Source: Candidatus Fermentibacteraceae bacterium
GTDB lineage: Bacteria; Fermentibacterota; Fermentibacteria; Fermentibacterales; JCC-6
Assembly (NCBI GenBank): GCA_041686025.1
Contig: JAWLEP010000007.1
Location: 1-20,189 of the forward strand
DNA: 20,189 nt
Reading direction: 5' to 3'
Positions 7,835 through 15,653 of the stretch are shown in pieces (position 1 is the stretch's first letter; every line of letters begins with the position of its first letter). Made by a program: the position numbers and the translations under genes. The notes beneath the pieces are model-generated. The model did not search any database. It saw only the letters and a list, made by a program, of their open reading frames with translations, and had not been told where the DNA came from.

Positions 7835-10318
7835 CTATCCAGGGCCCGGGGTATGCCCGGAAAGTATCCCGTCGTAGGTCTTCGCCGACCTGATGCGCTG
7901 CAGCAGCCGCTTGTCGTGGAAGACCTGGGCGATACGGGCCAGCCTGCGCAGGTGATCCTCCGGGCTCTGCTCCGGGGTCCCCAGCAGGATTACGAGAATC
8001 CCGGCCCCTTCTCCATCCTGCGCCCCCGAACCGCAGAACCCCTCCGCGGAGGCGCCCAGAAGGGCCATGGGCGCCGGGGTGCGGGCCCTGTGGGTGTGAA
8101 CCATCACGCACCCGGGGGCCAGCCTCAGAGCCGACTCCCGCAGCTGCTGATGCAGCTCACCCATCAGCTCGGGCGGGGGATCGTCCAGAGCCGATTGCAT
8201 CATCGACTCCATGGCTTCGGCCAGTGATGTCCGGGGCATATCCAGGTGCACCGTCCGGGGCGGAAAGATCTCCCGGAAGCTCGCGCCTCCTATGCCGGGC
8301 CGCTCCTCGGTCTCCCACTTCATCTCCGGAGGGAACACCTCCAGGATGGAGCCGCCGGAAAGGGCCCTCTCCAGCATGCCCCGAAGACGGTCCTGCACCG
8401 GCTGCCAGGAGAGTCTTCCCCTTCTGGCCATGAAGAGGACCGGCAGGTCTCCGTCCCCGAAGCGGCTTCCCATCACCTCCGGGAGGTCGTGCCAGTCATC
8501 AACCTCTACGGCATCCATGCCTGGGTCGGCCAGGTCCAGCCATTCCCTGCGCGCCATCTGCTCCAGCGTGGCCCGGCCGCCAAGGACCATGATTCCGGCT
8601 CCCGCCTGTCCGGCTATGCGCCGCAGCACCTCCCAGGCCGCAGCGAATCCGGGCTGCCTCTCCATCAGGGGGGGCACCGCCGCCAGGAGCCGGCGGAGGG
8701 TATTCAGCGCACGGGGTCTGCTGAATCGCAGCACGAGGTGCCTTCCGCTCTCCACGATCCGGGCGGGCGCGTGCTCCAGCTCGCCGGCGCCTGCGTAGCT
8801 CTCGTCCATGATTATCGTTGAGATGCGCAGGTCCACCGAGGAACTCAGGACACCCTCCGCTGCATCCGGCGCCACCCTGGTAACCGGCCTCACCGGGGTG
8901 TCCGCCTCCACCGCCAGTATCACCGCGTCCGCCAGCATCCTCTCCGCAGATGCCACGGCCTCCTCGGTCTCATCCGTCTCTGCGGAGATGATCATCGCCG
9001 GGTAGACGGGCTGGGAGGAGCGGGGAGAGCGGACCATGAGGGCCAGGGACATAAGGGGCTCGATCTGCTCGGAATCGCTCATGGGGACCATGATGCGCTC
9101 CGGGCCGCCGGAGCTCTCGAGGCTGGCTCGGGAGAGCGTAAGCGCCAGGCGTCTGCCGTACCGCTCGGTGAGCCAGGGCCCCAGGGTGCAGGTGGCCAGT
9201 ATCATCAGGATGGTTCCGTTGAGAACGTCGCCGGAGAAGATGCCCAGGCGCACGCCCACCACCACCCCCGCCAGCGTGGCCGCCGCCTGGTTGACGCTGA
9301 GCCCGTAGAGAAGGCCCGTCTCGTCCCTGGAGAACCCCAAAGCCCTTCCGCTGGCCGCCGCGGCCGTCAGCTTGGTGACGAAGGCCGTTGCCACCATGAA
9401 GGCCATGACGGCCCACGCCCGGCCCGATCCGACCAGCAGCCCCACGTCCACCCTCAGACCAACCGAGACCAGGAAGAAGGGGATGAAGATGGACTCGCCC
9501 ACGAAGCGCAGCCTGGCCATCAGCCTGCTCTGCTCGGGAATCAGCGTGTTCAGGGCCAGTCCGGCCAGAAAGGCGCCGATGATCGGCTCCAGGCCGGCCA
9601 GGGGCGCGGATGATGCGCATGCGAAAGCCGCGGCGAGCACGAAAAGGAAGCCGGACACGCTCTCGGAGGGTACCCGCCCGAAGAACCAGCGGCCCAGCCT
9701 GGGCAGCAGCAGCACGATCAACCCCACATAGACGGCCAGCAGAACCACCAGGCGCACCCAGAACACGGGCGTAAGGTCCCCGAGGGTGGACTCCGCCACC
9801 ACCGCCAGCACCAGCAGGGCCAGGGAGTCGGTGAGGACCGTGCCGCCCACGGCGGTGGTGACCACCTTCTCCTTTACCAGGCCCAGCCGCTGGACAATGG
9901 AGTAGGGTACCAGGGTATGCGAGGCGAACATGCTGGCCATGAGTATGGAGGCCGCCCAGGAGAGTCGCAGCAGGAGCAAGGCCCCCAGGGTTCCGACGAT
10001 CTGCGGGATGGCGAAAGTGATTCCCCCGAACACCGCGCTGACGTGCCGCTGGCGTCGAAAGCGTTGCATGTCCACCTCGATGCCAGCCAGAAACATCAGG
10101 TAGAGCAGGCCCATGGCGCCGATGGGCTGCACCACGCTGTCCTCGGGGATCAGCTCCAGCGCATGGGGGCCCAGGGCCACGCCCGCCAGGATCAGGCCCA
10201 CTATCCCCGGCAGGCGAAGACGCTTCAGCAGCAGGGGAACCGCCAGGACTACGGCCAGGGTCAGGCCGAAGACGAACACGGGATCCCTGATGGTGAATCC
10301 GTGCAGCAGCTCCTCCAG
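7835..10318 (-). CDS. Cation:proton antiporter (CPA2/Na_H_Exchanger) with USP-like middle region and C-terminal PTS EIIA-like domain
   Basis: Multi-TM N-terminal half (LPGIVGLILAGVALGP, GLLYLMFLAGIEVD, TDSLAL, EPIIGAFLAGL, IPFFLVSVG). ERIMVPMS begins a USP-like region. C-terminal PGCVMVHTH...HLRRLARIAQVF resembles EIIA type 2. Start proposed at CTG 10318 (SD GGAGGT); alternative GTG 10279. Confidence 0.88.
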   Translation of the reverse strand: MEELLHGFTIRDPVFVFGLTLAVVLAVPLLLKRLRLPGIVGLILAGVALGPHALELIPEDSVVQPIGAMGLLYLMFLAGIEVDMQRFRRQRHVSAVFGGITFAIPQIVGTLGALLLLRLSWAASILMASMFASHTLVPYSIVQRLGLVKEKVVTTAVGGTVLTDSLALLVLAVVAESTLGDLTPVFWVRLVVLLAVYVGLIVLLLPRLGRWFFGRVPSESVSGFLFVLAAAFACASSAPLAGLEPIIGAFLAGLALNTLIPEQSRLMARLRFVGESIFIPFFLVSVGLRVDVGLLVGSGRAWAVMAFMVATAFVTKLTAAAASGRALGFSRDETGLLYGLSVNQAAATLAGVVVGVRLGIFSGDVLNGTILMILATCTLGPWLTERYGRRLALTLSRASLESSGGPERIMVPMSDSEQIEPLMSLALMVRSPRSSQPVYPAMIISAETDETEEAVASAERMLADAVILAVEADTPVRPVTRVAPDAAEGVLSSSVDLRISTIIMDESYAGAGELEHAPARIVESGRHLVLRFSRPRALNTLRRLLAAVPPLMERQPGFAAAWEVLRRIAGQAGAGIMVLGGRATLEQMARREWLDLADPGMDAVEVDDWHDLPEVMGSRFGDGDLPVLFMARRGRLSWQPVQDRLRGMLERALSGGSILEVFPPEMKWETEERPGIGGASFREIFPPRTVHLDMPRTSLAEAMESMMQSALDDPPPELMGELHQQLRESALRLAPGCVMVHTHRARTPAPMALLGASAEGFCGSGAQDGEGAGILVILLGTPEQSPEDHLRRLARIAQVFHDKRLLQRIRSAKTYDGILSGHTPGPG

Positions 10319-10403
10319 TGGGCACCTCCCGCATTCGCCCGTGAGGGCGGAGATTTCCCGCCACTGCGGCTACGTCAACGATAACGGAGCCGGCAGGCGG
10401 CCG

Positions 10404-10721
10404 TCAGGGGGCAGGCGTCTTCAGCACCAGCACCCGGAACTCGGTGTCGGAGTCGTTGCGCCAGGCGTGGGGTATTCCCCGAGGGCTCTCCACCATGGTG
10501 CCCTCGCCCACCTCCCGCTCCTCGTCGCCGATCTCCACCACTCCCGTTCCCCGGCAGACCCAGAACAGCACGTCCACCGGGGTGACGTGGCGGTGCAGCC
10601 TCTCCCCGGGGGCCAGCCTTATCTGCAGGGCCTCCGCGTAGGGGGAGGTGCTGAGTACGCGTACGTCTATCCCGTGGGGATTTTCCTTGCGGGGCGCGGC
10701 GTCTGCATCTATGGTCTTCAT
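10404..10721 (-). CDS. Cupin-domain protein (105 aa)
   Basis: ATG 10721 after GAAAGGA. LAPGERLHRHVTP..VCRGTGVVEIG..SPRGIPHAWRN match cupin_2 motifs. Confidence 0.88.
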   Translation of the reverse strand: MKTIDADAAPRKENPHGIDVRVLSTSPYAEALQIRLAPGERLHRHVTPVDVLFWVCRGTGVVEIGDEEREVGEGTMVESPRGIPHAWRNDSDTEFRVLVLKTPAP

Positions 10722-10734
10722 GGGTGTCCTTTCC

Positions 10735-10758
10735 GGCGGGCGGCAGCCGCCGCCCGCC
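10735..10758. other. Perfect 10-bp GC hairpin between hcp and cupin
   Basis: GGCGGGCGGC-AGCC-GCCGCCCGCC, with no adjacent U-tract on the transcribed (minus) strand. Confidence 0.7.
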
Positions 10759-10776
10759 ATGCTGTCATGGTCTTGC

Positions 10777-12420
10777 CTATCCCCCGAGGGCCTCTGCCAG
10801 GTCCTCCTCGGGGGTGGAGATGGGGGCTATGCCGAACCTGTCCACCAGCACGTCCACCGCCATGGGGGTGAGGAAGGCGGGCATGGTGGGTCCCAGCTTC
10901 ATGTCGCGGATGCCCAGGTGCAGAAGCGACAGCAGTATGGTCACCGCCTTCTGCTCGTACCAGGACAGAATCAGCGACAGTGGCAGGTCGTTCACCCCCA
11001 CGTCGAAGGCGTCCGCCAGGGCTCCGGCGATGGCTATGGCCGAGTGGGCGTCGTTGCACTGCCCGCAGTCCAGCAGCCGCGGGATGCCGCCGATGTCCCC
11101 GAAGTCCAGCTTGTTGAAGCGGTACTTGCCGCAGGCCAGGGTCAGTATCACGCAGTCCTCCGGGACCTTCTCGGCCAGCTCCGTGTAGTAGTTGCGGCCG
11201 GGCTTGGCCCCGTCGCAGCCGCCTATGAGGAAGAAGTGGCGTATGTCGCCGGCCTTCACCGCCTCGATCACCCTGTCCGCCACGGAGAGGACGGCGTTCC
11301 GGGCGAAGCCGATGGGAATCCTCTTCTCCGGGACATCCTCGGTGAATCCCGGCAGCTCCTTTGCCTTCTCTATTACCGGGGTGAAGTCGTACCCCTCTAT
11401 GTGCTCCACACCGGGCCAGCGGACCAGGTCGGTGGTGAAGATCCTGTCTTTGTAGCTCTCGCGGGGCTTCTGGATGCAGTTGGTGGTCATGAGTATGGCC
11501 CCGGGGAACTCGTCGAACTCCTTCTGCTGGTCCTGCCAGGCGCCTCCGTAGTTGCCCACCAGGTGGTCGTACGTCTTCAGCTCGGGGTAGGCGTTGCAGG
11601 GCAGCATCTCGCCGTGGGTGTAGACGTTGATCCCGGTGCCCTCGGTCTGCGCCAGCAGCTCGGCCAGGTCCCTGAGGTCGTGGCCGGAGACCACTATCGC
11701 CTTGCCCTTCACGGGGGTCACCCGGACCCCAGTGGGCTCGGGGTGCCCGTAAGTGCCGGTGTTGGCCGCGTCCAGCAGCTCCATCACCTTCAGGTTCTTC
11801 TCGCCCACCTCCAGGGCCTTGGCGAAGAGCTCCTCCGCGGTATGGTCCTCGGTGATGTAGGCCAGCGTATCGGAGATGAACAGGTAGAGGTCCGGGTCCT
11901 CCCGGCCCAGTATGCGGGCGTGGTCCAGGTAGGCGGCCGAGCCCTTCAGCCCGTAGGTGATCAGCTCCTTGAGGCCGGTGATGTCGCGGCCCTCGTGCGC
12001 CATCCGCTCCTGCAGGCCTATGGCGGCGGCCTCCGCCATCATGTCCTCGCGGGACTCGGGAGGCTGCCACGCCGCCGGCCCCTCCGGCCGCCAGGGCTCC
12101 TTGCCGGCGTCTCTGCAGGCTTCCTCGTAAGCCTGTCGGAGCCGTTCGCGTACGTCGCTGCCCTTGCGCACCAGAGACTCCACAACCTCCACGTCGAAGT
12201 TCACGTTGGTGATGGTGGTGAATAGGGCCTCCACCACGAAGCGGTCGGCATCGCGGTGGTCCACATCCATCCGCTCGGCCAGGACAACGTACCTGGCTAC
12301 GCCCTTGGAGACGTAGACCAGAAGGTCCTGCATGGCCGCGGTGGCGGGGTCCTTCCCGCACACGCCACCGACCGTGCATCCCTCTCCCCTTGCCGTCTGC
12401 TCGCACTGGTAACAGAACAT
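10777..12420 (-). CDS. hcp: Hybrid cluster protein / hydroxylamine reductase
   Basis: 547 aa. MFCYQCEQT..GCTVGGVCGK N-terminal cluster motif, SGHDL, YTHGEMLP, TTNC, GGCDG, ACGKYRFN, DCGQCND, SWYEQKA. Confidence 0.98.
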   Translation of the reverse strand: MFCYQCEQTARGEGCTVGGVCGKDPATAAMQDLLVYVSKGVARYVVLAERMDVDHRDADRFVVEALFTTITNVNFDVEVVESLVRKGSDVRERLRQAYEEACRDAGKEPWRPEGPAAWQPPESREDMMAEAAAIGLQERMAHEGRDITGLKELITYGLKGSAAYLDHARILGREDPDLYLFISDTLAYITEDHTAEELFAKALEVGEKNLKVMELLDAANTGTYGHPEPTGVRVTPVKGKAIVVSGHDLRDLAELLAQTEGTGINVYTHGEMLPCNAYPELKTYDHLVGNYGGAWQDQQKEFDEFPGAILMTTNCIQKPRESYKDRIFTTDLVRWPGVEHIEGYDFTPVIEKAKELPGFTEDVPEKRIPIGFARNAVLSVADRVIEAVKAGDIRHFFLIGGCDGAKPGRNYYTELAEKVPEDCVILTLACGKYRFNKLDFGDIGGIPRLLDCGQCNDAHSAIAIAGALADAFDVGVNDLPLSLILSWYEQKAVTILLSLLHLGIRDMKLGPTMPAFLTPMAVDVLVDRFGIAPISTPEEDLAEALGG

Positions 12421-12421
12421 C

Positions 12422-12862
12422 CTATTCCTCCTTCTTTCGGATTCTCCCGAAACCGGGCATCCCGCCGGTGAACTCCGCCAGGGTGACCGCCTCCAGCTTA
12501 CGCCTGACCATGCTTCCCGTCCTCTCCATCAGGTCGGTGAAGAGGCAGGAGTCGCGGCCGCAGACGGGCTTATCCAGCAGGCAGCCCCCCTCGTCCAGGG
12601 GGCCGTCTACGGTCTCCACCAGCTCCAGCAGGGTCAGCTCTCCGGCCGGACGGGCCAGCCGAAAGCCCCCGGTTGCGCCCCGGGTCGACTCCAGCAGGCC
12701 CTCTGCCGCCAGCCTCTGCAGCACCTTGGCCAGGTGGCTCTGCGATACGTCCATCAGCTCCGCCAGCCTTCCCGCGCTCATCCTCCCGCCGCCGGCGGCC
12801 AGGAAGGCACAGGCGTGTAATGCCAGGTTCGCGGCCTCGCTGAACTTCAGTGGGTTGGACAT
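12422..12862 (-). CDS. Rrf2-family transcriptional regulator with three Cys (probable Fe-S cluster)
   Basis: 146 aa. wHTH SQSHLAKVLQRL..LESTRGATGGFRLARP..LTLLELVETVDG, Cys motif CLLDKPVCGRDSC, SD AAGGAGG. Confidence 0.93.
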   Translation of the reverse strand: MSNPLKFSEAANLALHACAFLAAGGGRMSAGRLAELMDVSQSHLAKVLQRLAAEGLLESTRGATGGFRLARPAGELTLLELVETVDGPLDEGGCLLDKPVCGRDSCLFTDLMERTGSMVRRKLEAVTLAEFTGGMPGFGRIRKKEE

Positions 12863-12883
12863 AAGCCTCCTTTTTCAGTATTC

Positions 12884-12897
12884 GGAATCTGTATTCC
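12884..12897. promoter_or_regulatory. Palindromic operator, likely bound by the Rrf2 regulator
   Basis: GGAAT-CTGT-ATTCC inverted repeat in an AT-rich patch between the -10 element and the SD. Confidence 0.6.
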
Positions 12898-12898
12898 T

Positions 12899-12926
12899 AT
12901 TTTAGCCCGAAAAGCCGGAGTGTCAA
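12899..12926 (-). promoter_or_regulatory. Sigma70-type promoter of the rrf2-hcp-cupin operon
   Basis: Minus strand TTGACA (12926-12921), 16-nt spacer, TAAAAT (12904-12899). Confidence 0.75.
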
Positions 12927-12943
12927 GGGGGAAGTTTCCTGCG

Positions 12944-13267
12944 CTACTCTTCCTGGTGGGCCGACTCCTCCATCCAGAGGAGGTAGTCATCCTCCGCACG
13001 GCAGGAGAGGGTAAGTATCTCGGGGACCTCGTAGGTGTGCAGCTCCCGGAGCATCTCCACCAGCCGGGCATGGGCCGACCGGGAGACCTTGATAAGGCAG
13101 AGCCACTCGCGTTCGCCGTGCACCTCCCCCTTCCAGCGGTAGATGCTGGTGATGGGACCGGCTATCTGGAAGCAGGCCGCCGGCCCCCGCTCCACCAGCT
13201 CGCGGCCTATGCGCATGGCGGTTGAGCGGTCCGGAAGGGTGGTCTGAACCTGGCAGGCGTTGTCCAT
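12944..13267 (-). CDS. cutA: Divalent-cation tolerance protein CutA
   Basis: ATG 13267 after GGAGG. VQTTLPD..AACFQIAGPITSIYRWKGEV..E..LIK..LHTYEVPEI..DYLLWM. 107 aa. Confidence 0.93.
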   Translation of the reverse strand: MDNACQVQTTLPDRSTAMRIGRELVERGPAACFQIAGPITSIYRWKGEVHGEREWLCLIKVSRSAHARLVEMLRELHTYEVPEILTLSCRAEDDYLLWMEESAHQEE

Positions 13268-13269
13268 GG

Positions 13270-13986
13270 CTATCCTCCGTTCAGGACCCAGAGTCTTCTC
13301 ATCCTCACGGCCAGCCTCATTCCCAGGGCCGCTATGGCCAGAATCAGCACCGCGGCCACTCCCAGCGAGCCTGCGGAGACCCAGCCGGCATCGAAGGCGG
13401 AGACCACCGCCGTGCGGACTCCGGGCGGGATGTGGGGTATGACCCGGCTGACCAGAAGGGGCAGGCCCACGGCCACCGCCACCAGCACCAGGGAGTACCA
13501 CTGCTGCGAGCTTCGGGCGGACCTGGCGTTCAGGGATACGCTCATCCCCGCCAGACCGCTGAGGACCGCGGTGAGAACCCCCAGGGCAAGCGCCGCCAGG
13601 TAGGGGGCCGGCCCGGGCAGCGGTCTGCCCGAGAGTGCCGAGACCAGGGAGAAGGCACCCATGGCTATCCACGACGCCAGCAGGGCGAAGCCGGCGCAGA
13701 AGGAGAGCTTGCCCGCCAGGAGCCGGCCCGGGGATATGGGTGATGCCAGCAGGGTCTCCAGAGTGGACCGGTCACGCTCCCCGGCGAAGGCGTCCACTCC
13801 CGCCGGTCCGGCTATGTACAGCGGCAGCAGGCCGAATATCATGATGGAGACCTCCGGGATGTTCACCTGCAGGGGGATCACGATGCCCAGCAGCCCAACG
13901 TAGACCAGAAGGAAGCGGACCAGGCCCGCCTTCCCCATGGAGCGTACGGTGTGGTACATCTCACGCAGCGTCAGCCCGGCGGTCAC
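13270..13986 (-). CDS. ABC-2 type exporter permease (NatB-like motif)
   Basis: GTG 13986 overlaps the ATPase stop (GTGA), SD GGAGGAG. DAFAGERDRSTLETLLASPISPGRLLAGKL motif and about 6 TM segments. 238 aa. Confidence 0.88.
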   Translation of the reverse strand: MTAGLTLREMYHTVRSMGKAGLVRFLLVYVGLLGIVIPLQVNIPEVSIMIFGLLPLYIAGPAGVDAFAGERDRSTLETLLASPISPGRLLAGKLSFCAGFALLASWIAMGAFSLVSALSGRPLPGPAPYLAALALGVLTAVLSGLAGMSVSLNARSARSSQQWYSLVLVAVAVGLPLLVSRVIPHIPPGVRTAVVSAFDAGWVSAGSLGVAAVLILAIAALGMRLAVRMRRLWVLNGG

Positions 13987-14867
13987 GACTCCTCCTCCGC
14001 CAGCTCCAGAAATGTCTGGGAGAGGGACTTCCGCTCCGGCCGGAACTCCACCACCCGGTTGCCCTCCCGCAGGAGCTCGGCCAGGGTGTCGGCGGCCGAC
14101 ACCCCGGAGTCCAGCCGCACGAAGCCCTTGCCGTCGGGCCGATGCCGCTGCCCCCGGAAGAGGGCGGTTCCCGACTCGGTCCTCACCAGGTGCACGTCGC
14201 CGGGCTCGGAGAGCTCCTCCGGAGTTCCGCCCGCCAGCCGGCGGCCGTTGTGGATGATCACCACCCGGTCGCACAGCTCCTCCGCCTCCACCAGGTTGTG
14301 GGTGGAGAGCAGCACCGCAGAGTGGCCGGCCAGCTCCCGGATACCGGCCCGAATCTCCTCGGCCCGCACCGGGTCCAGCGATGCCGTGGGCTCGTCCAGC
14401 AGCACCAGGTCCCGGGGCAGCATGAAGGCCCGGGCAATGCCCGCCAGCCTCCTGTTCCCAGAGGAGAGCTCCCGCACGGGCGCTGCGGCGGAGTGCAGCG
14501 TGCCCAGGGTGTGGAGGACGGCCTCGGCCCGGGACCGGGCCTCGGCAAGACCCAGTGAGTTGATCATGCCCCAGCAGACCAGGTTCTCCATCAGCGTCAT
14601 CTCCGGCACCAGGCCGTGCTCGGCGAAGAGGACCGAGGTCCGCGCCCTGGTGGTGCGGGACGGAGGAGAGTCCAGTACCCGGATCTCACCCTCCCGGGGA
14701 CGCACCAGCCCGAGAATGGCGCGTATGGTGGTGGTCTTGCCGGCGCCGTTGCGGCCGAGAAGCCCGGTGACGCCTCCCGCCGGCACCCGCATGTCCAGGC
14801 CGTCCAGGGCCATTATCCGGCCGTAGCGCACGTGGAGGCCCTCTATCGCCACGGCGGCCTGTGTCAC
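13983..14867 (-). CDS. ABC transporter ATP-binding protein (ABC-2/multidrug type)
   Basis: Walker A GRNGAGKTT, signature LSSGN, Walker B LVLLDEP, H-loop LSTHNL. 294 aa, GTGA-coupled on both sides. Confidence 0.95.
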   Translation of the reverse strand: MTQAAVAIEGLHVRYGRIMALDGLDMRVPAGGVTGLLGRNGAGKTTTIRAILGLVRPREGEIRVLDSPPSRTTRARTSVLFAEHGLVPEMTLMENLVCWGMINSLGLAEARSRAEAVLHTLGTLHSAAAPVRELSSGNRRLAGIARAFMLPRDLVLLDEPTASLDPVRAEEIRAGIRELAGHSAVLLSTHNLVEAEELCDRVVIIHNGRRLAGGTPEELSEPGDVHLVRTESGTALFRGQRHRPDGKGFVRLDSGVSAADTLAELLREGNRVVEFRPERKSLSQTFLELAEEES

Positions 14868-15583
14868 TCGGGCTCCTCCAGCAGACGGGCCAGGGACTCC
14901 GCCAGATGCTCCAGCAGAATGCGGCCCCTATCGGCAGAGACCTGCTTGGGGTCCACGCCGCAGGGCCCCTCGGGGAACCTCCGGCGCCACTGCTCCGCCC
15001 CTACCACCTCGCCCCTCGCCGGCATGTCCATCACGGGACTGGACGGGGCCTGCGGCCGGAACCCCGGCCGCAGGTGCATGAGAATCGACACCTCGGCGGC
15101 AGTGGCGTGGAAGCCGCTTCCCCCGCCGAAGAGCTCCTCCTCCAGCTCCGCCGCCCCCGGCAGCTCCCAGTAGCTTAGGTAGCGCATGTAGGCGTCGGGC
15201 CATTCCCGGGCGGCCTCGTACAGGCCGGTGAGGGCCGGCCCCCTGTTGCCGCCGTGGGCGCTGAAGAGGATGATCCGTCCGAAGCCGGAGGAAGCCAGCG
15301 AAGAGGCCACGTCCCGCACCACCGCGGCCATGGTCAGGGGGGCAAGGCTCACGGTGCCGGCGAAGTCCAGGTGGCCGTCGGACATCCCGTAGGAGAGCAC
15401 GGGAGCCATTACGGTGCCGCTGCTCTCGCAGGCCAGGCGGCAGACGGACTCCGCCACCAGGGCGTCGCATCCCAGCCGCGCCATCTCCCCGTGCTGCTCG
15501 GTACTGCCCGCCGGCAGGGCCACGGTGCTGCGGCCCTCCAGGTAGCGCTCCACTTGGCCGGTGGTCATCGACGCCAGCTCCAT
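14864..15583 (-). CDS. Creatininase/amidohydrolase family protein
   Basis: ATG 15583 after GGAGGT. LPAGSTEQHG, GCD, YGMSDGHLDFAGTVSL, SAHGGN, HATAAEVS: the metal-ligand E/H/D/H/E set is retained. 239 aa. Confidence 0.92.
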   Translation of the reverse strand: MELASMTTGQVERYLEGRSTVALPAGSTEQHGEMARLGCDALVAESVCRLACESSGTVMAPVLSYGMSDGHLDFAGTVSLAPLTMAAVVRDVASSLASSGFGRIILFSAHGGNRGPALTGLYEAAREWPDAYMRYLSYWELPGAAELEEELFGGGSGFHATAAEVSILMHLRPGFRPQAPSSPVMDMPARGEVVGAEQWRRRFPEGPCGVDPKQVSADRGRILLEHLAESLARLLEEPE

Positions 15584-15653
15584 ACGACACCTCCAGGCTT
15601 GCCCGCAGGCCGCGGGCCGGTCATATACGCCCCCGAGGGAGGGATTATACGGC

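Noticed and set aside
14438..14449. Copy of the tRNA-Gln 3' end (TGCCCGCCAGCC) as an att site
   Set aside because: Only a 12-nt GC-rich match, inside the ABC ATPase coding sequence and with no integrase. Most likely chance.
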